Source: Camelus dromedarius (taxonomy: Eukaryota). From it: a stretch of DNA of 64,000 nt. The notes below the pieces were generated by a model that saw only the letters and a list, made by a program, of their open reading frames with translations, had not been told where the DNA came from and searched no databases. Both the position numbers and the translations under genes were made by a program. The stretch spans positions 6,882,001-6,946,000 of the forward strand of contig NC_087436.1 of the NCBI RefSeq assembly GCF_036321535.1, given 5' to 3'. Positions 51,051-64,000 of this stretch are shown one piece after another (position 1 is the first letter of the stretch; each line of letters begins with the position of its first letter).

Positions 51051-54000
51051 GACAGTTCCTCATTCTTACTGAACAAGATACAAGACCCAGACTTACTAAG
51101 TGATTTCTACTTTGAGGATCCAGAATCATGAATAAAGTTGGTGCATTTAGTACGACTCTTACAGGAGATGTCCATACTGGTGGCTTTAATAATTCAGAAG
51201 TGTAACCAAAGATCGGGAGTCTCGTTGCCTCTTTAGCTGAGCTCTTGATGGCTTTCTAAGGTGAGGACTTTGAATATCAGCACAGGAGTGGCTAGATTTT
51301 CTCTGGCCTGCATAGCATTTCCTTCTCTGCCCTTGCATTTTTTTTTTTTTTTAACTTACTGAAATCAGGTCTTCACTTTTTTTTTTTTTTTTGGGAAAAT
51401 GTCCATTCCTTGTAAATTATTTATATAATTCTTGTAGGCTGTTCAAGAAAGGGTACTGGGAAAATTTGTGGTTGTGTTGTTTTACATGAACCCGCAAATC
51501 AGCTAACCTTACGTTGGGAAGCACACGTCTCGGCGCTTGACGTGGTGGGAGCTCAGTTTGCATGTGAGTGAGCAGGTGGAAGACTGGGTCTAATGTTTAA
51601 ATGTGTTTCTGCCTCTAAGTCCATAAATGCTGTAGCTTGTAAGGACCTTTGCGTGACTGACCGACTAGATAAGGAATCTGATGTTCAGTAAGTTGATTAA
51701 GTTCTTTAGGCTTCATTTTCCTTCTAAAGTGAGGGGTTGGTTAGATCCTGGCATTTTATGGTTCTGTGACCATAAACACAGGGCAGCCTAACTGTAAGTG
51801 CACGGTGGTCTGGCCTGTCTCCCGGAAGTGCCGTGGAGAGCTTGTCTTAGCCGGGTGATGCGGGTGGTCCTTCAGAGCCAGTGGGACTCAGTTCCCGGAG
51901 CAGTGGCAGGAGCACTTCCCGGGCAGGTGGGACGTGTCCCTCCCTGCACGACTCCTGAGCATCCTCAGATGGAAAGGACCCTCTTTTATTATTGCCTGAC
52001 TGGAACTGTCTTACGTGTCTGTTTCCATCTTTTCAAGTCCTTTCACTCATAGCGATATCCTTGTGCTGTAGGGACTGCATTCTCCTGGTGTGTGGAAATC
52101 ACATTACAGTCACGTTCTTATGTCAGCTCTCATTCCACTCATTTGCTTCCATTATTTCCTGTGTTTCTAATTCAGATTGCCTCGGAAAGTGGTGACAGCG
52201 TGTAGCATCTGAGAAAGATCAAGTGATCAGCGATTAATGTGTGGCCACGTTAATGTACCGGGTGATTTGTACAGCAGATTCTCCAGAGATAGCTGAGTTA
52301 GTGATTGACTAGGGAGATTTTAGGATTCAGAGAGCCTCAATTTAACCATTCTTAAAAAACACATCTGGAATCAAAGACCCACAGGGAATCAGCGATTCTC
52401 ACAGGATCTCAGATAGGTTTGCTTCCAGTCTCAGATTCCTTTCCCGTCACTTCAGAAGAATTTTACGTTAGACCAAGGAGGTGGAGACAGATGCTTTGTT
52501 CTGATAGTACTATGTGAGGGTGCCCACGTGCCATGGTTACAGTCACCAGTATAACCCGTTATAAACATATAGCACACACTGCTGCTTAGTCACTTACATA
52601 TTTATTTAAAGCAATAATTTTTAGGGTTGAAACACTCAGTATTATTAAGAAAAACGGGTATTTGAAATTTAGATATCCTATAACTTCCATAACATAAACC
52701 ACAGAAATTAACATGGGAAAACATTTAGCTGATGTGGCTACAGTGATTCTCAAATTGGAAATAGGGGACAGCCTTAAACCAGTGGGGGAGACAATGAGAT
52801 TTTTAACTTTTCCAAAAGTGCAGGGTGGCGGGGTGGGGGGTGGAGTTGAGAAGCTTGGCACTTAAAGCCAATGTGGAGTTCCAGCTGAGCAGTTTTAATT
52901 TTCCATTTTGATTGACAATCAGCCTCTTGTACATTCTTTATTTCCTCTTCCTTGTTTTGACAAGATCTAAGAGGATTAGAAAATTGAATGTTTAAGCATT
53001 TCTTCTTCTCTTTGGCCTTGAACAAAGGTGAGAATGTTTAATAATATAATTCTCTCTCGAGAAGAAATGCATTTAATGGAGAAAAGATAATGGCGTCTTT
53101 GTGAGGAAAGTTTCTGGGTGGAGGAGCACGGCAATGTTTTCTGCTCCTCTGGCAGGACTATTCCTGAGCATATTTAAGTTGTTCTCCAACTGAATTGACT
53201 GTTCAGAAGAGGGGAAACTCCTGGTATCAGTTTGAGCAATACTGCAGAAGACGTAGCAGTTCTCAAGTGTGTCTCGATTCCTTCTCAAGGAAGAGAGGAG
53301 TGGGACTCTCCTGTCTCTCACAGACCTGTGTCGTTTAATTAGTAAATGCATCCTCATGCTTCAAAGTTGGTTCATCTTGGGAAGTGAGAGCAGGGTGATT
53401 GGTCTTGAAAAACAGCGACTATTTTGCTTGTCGTGTGATTGTTACAAAGTGTAGGTGAGCTAAATAGTTACTTTGAAGACCGTCACTCTGTAACCTCCTT
53501 GCTCTGAAACCTTTGAGAAAGGTCTCCTTACTTAAAATAGAGAGGCACATGTTTCAGTCAAAAATTTATAATATCAAGTCAAATTATTTTTTGTTGATAA
53601 TTTCCCCTTCGTGGTTCTACTCACTTCTTCCCAAGATGCAAGCCTGAAATGAAGCCATCGTCCAAGTTCAGTTGTTGGAGTCAGTAGCGTCATTCTCACC
53701 TGTTGAGAACTGCTGTCTTCTCGAGCTGTGCAGATGTGAAGAGGTAGGCAGGATGGCTGTGCTTGCTCTTGGCTTAGCACCGCTCTGTCTGTGTGACGTT
53801 GGTGAAGTGCAGTCCAGTTGAAATGGTGATTGTGTTCATTATGAATATAAATGAGAGTTATTCATAATAAAGGTAGGTAAGCACAAGCAGAAAGCATTCT
53901 AAGCTTGAAATTTAGGCTAACCTAGACTTAAAAGAGAACCGGAATGTCCTTGACAACCAGCTTGGGGCAGGGGGTAGGTGCTTTAAGGAAACCGCTCCAT

Positions 54001-54144
54001 CTCACGTCCCGGGGAAGGGGTGCGCGTAAACCTAACTTGGAAACGTGAGACCTGATTTTACCCCCAGGACCCTGAATTAGCAGAGGTTGGGAGAAAGGAC
54101 CAAAATTTATTCTGCGTGTGTTATGTTGAAGACATCTGATTTAT

Positions 54145-54680
54145 CATGATGGTTAAGGGTGCTCGATTATCTCCATTTATGAGTTGTGTGGCCTTGAGCA
54201 AGTCACTTCCCCTTTCTGAACTTACCTACTTGTGAAACAGGAGCTGGTGAGAGGACCTACTCGTTGGCTCCTTTGAGGATTGAAGATGACCCTTTTCAAG
54301 CAGGTGGCTTTTATGATTTTCACGCTGTCGAATCTAATATTTGAGTTTGAATGATGCCTCATTTTATCTTGGGAAGAGCTGGGTGGAGCTGAGGAGAAAT
54401 TATAAACGAATAATTCAAGGTACGCATTTTTGATTGATTAAAAAGAATAGTTAGAATCGTGTCAGGTACAAGGTAAGTGCTCAGATGTGTTAGTTATTTT
54501 ATTAATGGTAGACCTGTTTCTTGCTTAGTTATAATGGTGAGACTGAATTCATTATTACCCCCTTTTATAAATGAGACTCAGAGACTCAGAGAAGTTTGTT
54601 GATTTGCTTCTTTGTGGGAAAGCGGAGATTGAAATCCAGGTCCTCAAATTCCCAAGCCAGGCAGGTTACCGCGCTCCAGT
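54145..54680. mobile_element. MIR cluster (plus copy about 54145-54300, minus copy about 54530-54680)
   Basis: gttgtgtggccttgagcaagtcactt (plus) and ttttataaatgagactcagagactcagagaagtt (minus). Confidence 0.7.
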
Positions 54681-55089
54681 GCGCTACATGTCTGTCTTCC
54701 TAAAGGACCAACAGGTACTTACCTACGTTTATTCCAGACGTTTAGGTGGGAGCTCACTGTGACCATGAAGACATCTTCTGCCGACGTTTTCTGTTTCGCT
54801 GGTTTCTGGCACCTTCGGTTATTTCTGGCACGGTATACTATAGCAGTAACACTGACTTACTGTAAACACAAACTGAGATTTTTATATCCTGCCTGGAAAA
54901 CTGCAGCTCCGCCATCATAGTGCCACCTGACACTGTCTGATGGGCAGGGACAGTGGGCATTAGGTGCTTTTGACAAGGAACACAAGTGCACACAGTAGGA
55001 AGCCAGTGAGTCCTTCCGGTGTTCCCTTATTTCTGTTGTCCCCAAACTCATCTAATGACAAGGATTGCTTGATGGAGGGGAGGGCAGGT

Positions 55090-55200
55090 TCTGCTTTTGA
55101 GAAATGCAGATGCCTGGGTCCCCAGAGTTTGTGGTTAGCACAGCTGGAGAGGGGCCCAGCACCTGTGTTTGAGAAGCTCCCTGGGGCTCCGACGGTCAGT
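55090..55200. mobile_element. MER5-like fragment
   Basis: aaatgcagatgcctgggtccc...ggggcccagcacctgtgtttgagaagctccctgggg. Confidence 0.6.
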
Positions 55201-58200
55201 TAATTAGGACCCGTTTCCCCACTCGGCGTGGAGCTTGGTTCCTTGGCTGTTCACTCTCCTGGGCTGGTCAAGGTTGGAGGTGAGGAAAAGAAATCTCCTT
55301 ACGGAGCTTCCTGGAATGCAGACGTCAGTAAGCAGGGGCAGGCTCTGTATCCCAGGAGCAGCTTCGCCCTCGGCTGGACGGACCTCTGATGGTTGTAGTT
55401 GAGCGAGCCTGAGTGAAAGCACGATGTGACAGCAGGACCAGTGCTGGCCCGGGGGGCGCACCAGCACCGCGGCGGGAGGGAGGGGGCACTGATGTCTGCA
55501 CCTGCGCTTGCGGGGGCTCCTTTTACTGCTAAATGGTGAGCTTATCGCAGTCTCCGCTTTCCGGTTTGCGAATCGTAAGCCTGTGTGTGCCCCTTTCAAG
55601 TGGTTTCTAGGGTTTCAGAGTTATGCCTTGGACTCAACTTGACTTTACCTGTTTGCCAGGATGAGTGAATGGCTTCTTAGAAGAACAGGTTTAACCAGGT
55701 TACCAGTTTTGTTTCACTTGTTATCTGTAATCTATTGGTGAAAAGGAATTCTTCACTAAGCCCATTTTTTTTAGGATGGAGGGGAAACTTAAGAGAGGAC
55801 CTGAAGTTTTGTATTGCAGTGGCCTTCCTGGTCCATTACCGTGTCAGCTTTTCCACTTGGAATTTTAAAAAGAGCCCCACATAGATCTGCTGCTGGAGTT
55901 TCATTCTGTAAGAAACGAGTCGCCTTTCTGGTCACAGTCCCTTGAGCAGTTGAAGCCGTGCCGTCCCCTCTTTCCTTCCCTCTGATGGCAGTGGCAGTGG
56001 TGAGCAGGTGGGGCAGGGAGCCGGGGGTCTGGGGGAGTCAGGGCATGGCACAAGGCAGAGGCAGCAACAGCGAGGTGTCATGAAATTCTGTGGTGGAAGC
56101 AGCAGTGGTGCCTGAGGTCGTTCTGTTTGAAAAGTTGATTCTCCCAGACGCTTGTTCCCCTTCTTTGTTTACCTGTAGCATTTCGGAGTTATACTGAAAG
56201 TTGATAATATTTTTTTTCTTAAGGGAGATAGATATAAGCTAAAAAGTCTTAATGGTTTTTATTCTTAAGAGAGTGTTGCATTTTTGCCAGAAGTGGGCAG
56301 AGAGAAGGTTCCTGTTTACTCCCAGCTTCCTTGGCTCCCCACCTACCAGCACATTCTAGGGGCTGCAGTTCCGGGCTGTTTTAGCCTTCATTGTTCTCCT
56401 CATCTGGCAAAACATTATTACCTAGGTGCAAATATAGACACAGATACAGGCTATACTTGGACAAGAAGCAAAGGAAAGCGTGTAACTGTCCTTTGGTTTT
56501 CTGTCTTGTGCCCTGAGCCTGGGAGACTGTCTAGTTAATCTTCAGTCTTCCGGGAGGGCGGCACCTAAACCACCTTTATGGGAAGCCCTCCAAAGGTCAT
56601 CAGACGTATCCAACAGTTTCCTACTTAAATTTCTCTTCTTTTAAGTAGAGGACACTTGTCATTCACAGAGTTCCTTATTAGGCATTTTGTGCCAATGTCC
56701 TTGTCCTTGTGGAGAGGAAAAAGTTAAGTACCAATGGCAATCCTTGGTGGTGGCCAAAAAAAAACATGCAGTCATTCAGATGAACATCCAAAGTGTCTTG
56801 AGACGCACACAAGACTAAGTCTTTTCAGTGTGCTCATTTTGTATAATTTTAATCTTACTGAGAACGATGAAATTTTACCAGCAGTATTTGCTAAATTGGA
56901 CTTGGGATCTTGAAGGAACCAGAATTGTCATTGGCTACCTGGCTGGAAGGTTTCAGTCTTACTTGGCATGGTGGAGCCTGGCTAATCTTTTTTTTTCCCC
57001 CTTAAATTTGAAATAGTGGCAATGGCTGTACACTAGCCAATGTGTAAGTGCTTTTTGTAACTTCCTTGGTCTTCACAGCAGCCCTGGAAAGTAGGTATCG
57101 GCTTCCGTTTACGTATGGTGGAGCTGAAGCATGGTAATAGCTTGAGTTGTTATGTAACTCGCCCGGCATCTCACAGCAGTGACTAGCGAAGTCAGGACCG
57201 AAGCTAGGTCCCGATGCTGGAACCTTTCCTCTGGATTGTTGCCCTCGGCCACCCCTGTCGTTTGCAGTGCCTGTTTGCAGTATCTCCTTCAGCCTTTCTC
57301 TTTTGGGATCATTGCAGCTGTTTGCACCACCCTCCTTCCATTTCACAAACCAGAATTCATAAATTCAGATTCCACTGTATGGCAAAAGTGGCCAGGTGAC
57401 GTTATTTATTCTCTTAAGGAAAAATTTGTTGCCCGAATCTGTGTGGGGAGAATTCTTTCCTTTTGACTTTAGGACTCGTAACGGGGTCAACGGATGGAGA
57501 TCTCCAAGAAAGCCAGGCTCACTGGTGTTCTTACTGTCCAAAGGTCTGTTAAAACGGAGATTGCAGAATCCAGCGTGACCACTGCACGATTCTTCATGTA
57601 TATCTTATGGCAAATTAAGTTAGAGGCATTATAGTTCCTAGTCTGAGAATTTTTTAATGATCTGTTATTTAAAAAGGATATGTGTACCCTGGCTGGGTCA
57701 TGCTGGAACAACTTAATGATTTATCAACCCATTCATCACCTTCCATGGTTTATTTTGTTCTCTTGTTTAGTACTTTCTCATGGCTTGAATAATTTTGCTC
57801 CTTGAGAAAAAATTAGCAGAATGTAAGAATTTCGCAACCTGGACTCTTCACTGGAAGTGTGGAAGTGAGTGCACCACAGTGATCTCAACTCGTGTGGCAG
57901 CAGCCCAGTCCTGGGGGGACGGGAGCAGCTGCTTCCTTTTTCTTAATTTAGGAGGAATGAACTCTATTGTTGTCAGGTCACCAGGGAATGCTCCTGTGGG
58001 AAAGTGTGAGACAATTATACCAGGTATTATTTATTGATCTCCCTCTAACCAAACTTTTATTAATCTGCAAGGAAGGAGAAGCTCTTCTAACACCTAAGTA
58101 TGAGAGGACGCATTGGACTCACAATAATTACACACTTACATTCCTTTTTCATTTAAAAGGGTTTTTTTTTTTTTCCATGAAGAAACTACGTTTGGCTGAC

Positions 58201-58761
58201 ATTACATTCGTGTTCTAGTTGGGCAAAGACTTTAAAAAGTCTTTTGTGTCAGATAAACTGTAGATGACATGTGTCTGTCTGTGCTCACGTTAAACTGGTG
58301 TTTATTCCATGACACGTACCCTTTACTGATGGATTCTCCCGTGTTATTTCCTGTCAATTTCTGGTAGTCATGCATCTGCGTGAAATGTTAGCAATAGCTA
58401 ATTATTTAGGCAGATTTAGTCTTCTCTCAAACCCAATGAAGAATCTGCTTTTTGTCCTTATTTAACAGATGTGGAGAGTTGAGGAGTTTACCCAGGTCAC
58501 ACAGCCAGGAAATGGTAAAACTGAGCCTCAAACCCATCTCTTCTGATTTTAAAGCACCCCCCTCCCCCAGTAACACAGGGGTGCCCTGCAGTGTTGGGAC
58601 TATGGCTAGAAGGTGTTCATTTATCTCAGTAGCACACGCATGAGGTGTATATCCTTAATACGGCACGTAACTTACCCTTTTCTATGTGCAACAAGCTATA
58701 TGGATGGGCATCTGCTGTTTTGTGCTTTAAAGCAATGACTCCAGAAGGAAGTGGACTCGAT

Positions 58762-58867
58762 CTTTTAAAAATTTTTATTTATTTTTAAATGTAGGTACTG
58801 GGGATCAAACCCAGGACCTCTCACGTGCTGAGCGCGTGCTCTACCACTTGAGCTATGCACGCCCCCT
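58762..58867 (-). mobile_element. vic-1-like SINE
   Basis: aggtactggggatcaaacccaggacctc...ctctaccacttgagcta, flanked by tggactcg / tggacttg. Confidence 0.87.
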
Positions 58868-61129
58868 GGACTTGGTGTAAGTGAGCTTGAAAGCGTGCTC
58901 TCTCTGTCTAAGCCTGTAAGTCACCTTTTTCTCTTTCACAATAAAACGTTTTGAGTGAAAGGCAGGAGTTCATACTCGAGTGGGTATTACTTATCCATAT
59001 TGAAGTTTAAATGGTAAAAATACTGCAACAATTTCTGCTCTAATTTGCCCTATGCTGTATTTTCAGTCTTCTGCTAATTCCTTGTGATCACGTATTTGGG
59101 ACTAATTAGAAGTTAAAGTTCTTTAAAGCTATAGGTTTTGAATACACAGACGCTTTTGATGAAAGGTAATATACAAATAATATGAGAAAAGAGGAAATGA
59201 AAGGAAACAGAATAGCTACTTGAATGAGGACAGTCTTTCAAGGATATGGTTTTTAAAAACCTTGGATATAATTTAAAAAAATGGATTGTTGTGTAGTATA
59301 TTAAACATTTTGAGATTAAAAAAAATTGTTCTCAGGAATTGGTTACTTAATGTGAATTGAAAAGTCCTTTAGGAAAATTGAGCTTTGTAGTCGATTTCTT
59401 CTGTGATATTGGGTTCAGAAAGCAAGTGGTTAGAAGAGATCCTAACTGTACTGGAAGTAGTTTTCTTTTAAAATAGTTAAATTGTATTTTCAGAAGTTTG
59501 TATGAGACATAACTTGTAGCTCCCTTGTAGTTTCTCTTCCCGCAAAAGTGTTCTTTGAATTGAAAGAAATACTTTAGATTGGGGTGGCAGTTCTGATAGT
59601 TTGTTAATCATAGCGCTACATAATCTTATCTTGATACATATTAAATTTGTGGTTAGGTTTGAATAAATCAGGAATGGCGATCTCATTCAGGAATCTAAGG
59701 GTTGCTTCATAGAGGCATTTAAGACTTGTTTTTTGAGAGCTAGAGTAATTTAGATTATCTCGCAGATACGTTCTAAACTTTCATCATTTAAAGCATGCAT
59801 CAGAAAATCCTGGAGCGAAAAACCCTCAGAACAGCATGTTAACAGCTGTAAACCTTCCATCCAGCTTATTTTTATGCTCTTAACAAATTTTTAAATGTTT
59901 ATTAAAAATCTAGGTCTCTATATATATTGAAAAAAGTTTGTGATAACTATCATAATTGTTACAAGAAAATAATTTTCAACTTCCAGGGAAGCATATTCTT
60001 AAATCTTTGCACTTAGAGTTCAGGTTGTTTGCATACATGAACAAACCTGGACCAGAACCTACGAAAGCCCCACTCACCCCTGCACATCACGCCTCCAGCC
60101 CTCACAGGAGCCCCTGAGCGCCTTGCGGGTGTCCTCTCCCTTAGCCCCACAGGGTCGGAGACCACGCTGGGGTTGGGCTGGCCTGCGTGGCGCGTCAGAG
60201 TGCACACGTCAGGAGGCGCTTCTGTTACTCCTGGTGGTGCTCTGTCTCATGTGGCCCCTCAGCGAGGGAAGAAGTGGGTGAAATGTCAGCGTGTAGGCAG
60301 TGGACTCTAACTATGATCATCTTTTTCTTACCTGCCGCCTCTTAACTCCCAGGGACCTCCTCAAATAGGCATTTCTCCTGGTCTGTGCACCACCTGCTGA
60401 GCTGTGTCAAATAATTCTTTTTTTTTTTTAATTAAAGAAAATTTGTACCATGTTATTCCAGAAAAGTTAACTACTCAACATTTATTCCTGCTAGAAGATG
60501 GGAGTGCTCGAAGCAAATGTCTGTTATTTTTCAGTGCTGGCAAAAAGGTCTTTTCTGCTCAGTTAATTTTGTGTGTTAAGTGATCATTGTACCTATTTTA
60601 CAGATTTCTAAAACTGTGGTGGAGTTTCCTTCCCCCCAAAACCCCAGTAACTCTATTCTCCATATAATGAGAGTTAATCGTGAGACACGATTTCATTGTG
60701 AAGTGTAAACACTGGATGTTGAATAAGCACTTTATCGTGATGGTGAATTAGCTGTGGTCACTTGTGGGAGCTAACTTTACTTTGGGGGGGGGTAATGGTT
60801 GTTTATGTTGATAGAACAATGCAAATACAGAATGATGGTAGTTTGGTAAAAATGAAGAGAGCATTCAAAATGTAAAGTCCTTATTATTTTCAGTTTCCAG
60901 AATTCATTTTTTTATCTTCAAAACTTTTTTCAGCATTATTGAGGTACAGTTGGCGTATAAAATTATAAGCTATTTGGTGTATGGTGTGGTGATTTAATGT
61001 ACATACACACTGTGAAAGGACTTTCCAACCAAGTTAACACATCCATCATCTCACAGACTTACTACCGTTTTTGGTGGTGGTGTTTAGAATATTTAAATTC
61101 TACTCGTAACAAATTTCAGCTGTCTAATA

Positions 61130-61629
61130 TAGTCGACCCTCTATATCCGCAGGTTTTGCAGATGAGGCTTGAAAATATTCAGGAGAAAAAATTGCAGAAA
61201 GTTCTAAAAAGCAAAACTGGAGTTTGCCAAGTGGTGGTGGCTATTCGCATAGTGTTAACATTATATTAGACAGTCAAGTAGTCTAGAGATGATGTAAAGT
61301 CTGGAGGATGTGCTTAGGTTATATGCAAATACGTCTGACCACTGGACGACGTGGGGTGTAGGGGCACCCCCCTCTTCCGGAAGGTGAAAACCCCCGTGTG
61401 ACTTTACAACCAACCCACACCTTCCACATCGGCGGTTCCACCAGCCTCAGAGTGTGTGGTCCTGCAGTCCGTGTTCAGTGAAGAAATCCTGGGGTGGGTG
61501 GACCCGTGCAGCTGAAACCCATGCAGGCTCAGCCGTCCTGCAGCATTTTATGTAAGGGACTTGCGCATCCTTGGGTTTGGCATCCATGGGGTCCCAGAAC
61601 CACTGCCCTAGGGAGACTGAGAATGGCAG
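61130..61629. mobile_element. MER2B-like Tigger MITE with TA TSD
   Basis: agtcgaccctctatatccgc...aaaaagcaaaact...tctagagatgat...ggttatatgcaaata [insert] cattttatgtaagggacttg. Confidence 0.8.
61332..61540. mobile_element. Tigger2-derived MITE (MER8-like) inside the MER2B-like element
   Basis: Ends resemble Tigger2 termini: tgaccactggacgacgtggggtgtaggggcacc and gtggacccgtgcagctgaaaccc. Confidence 0.65.
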
Positions 61630-61922
61630 TACAGTGCCGCACATCCTCAGACTTTGTCCGTCTTCTAACTGAAAGGTTGTACCTTTTACCGACCTCCCCC
61701 TACCTCCCCCACCCCAGCCCCTGGCAGCCACTTTACTACTTTGTTTCTACCTGTAAAACACAGCACGAGCTGTTTTTATCTTTCTCTGGCTCATTTCACT
61801 TAGCATAAAGCCCTCCAGTTCACCCACATTGTTGCATATGACAAGATTTCCTTCTTTTTAAAGGCTGAATAATATTCCACTACATACATGTGAAAAGAAT
61901 ATCACATTTATGATTATGTGTA

Positions 61923-61996
<74 letters not shown>
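61923..61996 (+). repeat. Compound (TG)9(TA)28 microsatellite
   Basis: Counted directly. Confidence 0.93.
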
Positions 61997-62000
<4 letters not shown>

Positions 62001-64000
62001 TATCTTGATCCATTCAACCATCCACAGACACTTAGCTTGTTTCCATGCCTTGGCTATTGTGAATAATGCTGCCTGAGTCCATGTTTTTTACGTGCTATAT
62101 AGCAGAAAATAATTTGTTAAACTGATGTTCACCCTTCTTAAAATCCAGGAGTAAAATCAGTCCAGTGGAACTGTGTAGAGGAATCCAAGAACATTTGGTG
62201 TTAAAATTAACTTATTTAAATCATTTGGTGGGCATGCAAATGAGAATTACCTTTTTCATTGCACTGGAAGAAATGTTTTACTCATTGACTCAGCACATTA
62301 TAACCGAGGGCATATTTAACGTGCTAACTGCTTTATAGTTAAAAAGATGCCACGATGGATGTACCCGACGGTCAAGGGGGTCGGGAAGGAGTGGACGTGG
62401 GAACCTTGTTGGGTGTCCAGGTGCCTGTGAAGCAGCAGCAGGACATGTGAGGGGACCACGGTCTGAATCTCAGGCTCCGGAGGTTGCCGGTGGCTTTGAG
62501 TGTGGTGAATATTACTTGGGTTTGTGACAAAATAGATAATAGTTTATAAATGATGAACTTTAAAAAAAAATGATAGGTTATGATTGGACTTGTATTTCTA
62601 AATATAGAATGCTACGGGCACGCACTTAGTTTTAGCTTTTTGGAGCGGTGATTGCTGAGTGGTTATATCATAGTTGAAACAGCACCAGGACTAACTGTAA
62701 GGTTTCATGAAGGCCGCGTTACTTCCGTTTTAAGTTTGCTGCACAGATAACCATAACATGTGTCACTCGTGGTAATTCTCCTTTTCTTTCTTTTTCTTTT
62801 TTTAAGGAGAGAGAAGGGGAGAGGGAGGGAGGAGAGAATATGAATGGATCCCAGGATATGATCATGAATGTGAATGAATGAGATGAATGAATACGAGCAT
62901 CTTTCTGGGATTTGAAAAGTCTGCTATAGCAGATACGTGACAGTCTTACTATGAAGTCTGATTTTGTGTGTGCGGCGGTGGCGTGGGGGCAGCTGTTTAA
63001 AAACTGTCTCTGATTTCTTCCCCTTTAGTAACTGTTAGATATGAAGTATCCACATGTGGGACTGTTAGAGAAATTAGAGATGGTAGATGCAGAACGTCCA
63101 GTACAACGTCTGGCGTTTAATAGGTAGTTGTTAGTGATCATAATTAAGTTACCCTCCATATAATATGGGTGGGATGATAGAGTATCATGGTTTAAATAAT
63201 GTCTTGAAGGAATAGGTTTCAAACCAATATTCTGGATACTTTATATTACTACACTGTGGAGACAGGCTGTCTCTGCAAAAATAATTGAGCCCACTGTCAA
63301 AACAGTAAACTGAATGCCGGATCATAAAGCTGCAGACGTCCGTTGTGTTTTGTGACTCAGTCTGGTTTAGTGTTTTTGTATTAGTCTTAAGGAAAACAAA
63401 ACTCCAAGACTCAGAAATATTGCAAACACACAGAATGGTACCAAAAAAAACAAAAAACAGTATGCTCCACTGAAAATCTTTAATATTACATACTCTTGCT
63501 GAAAATCTTTAATATTGGAATATATTTTGCAAACTTAAAAAAAAGTTAATACAGAGAGCCTTCTGTGTTTCTTGAAGGAATTTGTTTCCTTTGGGGGGAA
63601 GGGAAAAGGTCTGTGGGATAAATTATTTAATATGACATCAGTCAAATAAAGCCAGCTGTGAGTAATTATATCTGCTATTTGATTTCCAGCTGTTTTGTTG
63701 AACTATTATTGGCTCTCAAGGTATTTGGATATTAATTAAATGATGACTTATTGTAAAGGAGCCTTGTTTAAAGTAATGTTGCTTCAAATAGAACACTTAA
63801 AATGGGCCACCTGGTACAAGGTTTTAATTCTTTCTGGTGCAACTACTTTTTTAAAGTCAGTGCATTTTTAACTCAGAGGAAAACGTACAACTCAGATGTT
63901 TCGGTAGTGATTTTCTATGTATTCTATGTGTGTACATGGATAGAATTAAATGCATCCTCTCTTCCCCTAGAGATTTGCAAGCTCAAGTTACTCATTAGTG

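Larger units (their letters stand above)
60925..62075 (-). mobile_element. L1MA-type 3' UTR interrupted by nested Tigger MITEs
   Basis: ttattgaggtacagttg...acacatccatcatctcaca, resuming after 61631 with tcatttcacttagcataa...ttggctattgtgaataatgctgc. Confidence 0.85.
12616..64000 (+). other. RAPGEF2: RAPGEF2 intron 1 (continues beyond the window)
   Basis: Starts at the GT donor. No sequence encoding the expected next residues (DLEIVYSYLHGMEAL) was seen by eye or in the ORF track. Content is repeats and AT-rich noncoding DNA. Confidence 0.8.

Noticed and set aside
12616..64000. TTTTA/TTTCA pentanucleotide expansion of the type linked to human RAPGEF2 familial myoclonic epilepsy
   Set aside because: No such array was seen; as I recall, the human site lies in a much later intron.
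1..64000. CRISPR arrays, operons or other prokaryotic systems
   Set aside because: The sequence is mammalian; the direct repeats found have only two copies and no repeat-spacer periodicity.

Overview
Mammalian genomic DNA, most likely camelid (six copies of a tRNA-derived SINE resembling camelid vic-1). The window holds about 11 kb of repeat-rich upstream sequence and a CpG-island promoter (about 11.1-12.9 kb). It also holds the first coding exon of the long RAPGEF2 (PDZ-GEF1) isoform on the + strand (12547-12615, MASYVDNSFRQAVMKNPAERTPQ) and about 51 kb of intron 1; I could not find exon 2 (expected to start DLEIVYSYLHGM). The rest is L1, L2, MIR, MaLR, hAT and Tigger relics plus microsatellites; nearly all listed ORFs are chance or repeat-derived. 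I cannot demonstrate a new biological system. The best leads are RNA-level: a candidate recursive splice site with a 20-nt RS-exon at 49440-49466, candidate cryptic or poison exons (one containing (UG)14), and a 5' leader with complementary (CCG)13/(GGC)7 tracts and uORFs. Repeat subfamily names come from my recall of consensus sequences, and most repeat boundaries are approximate.
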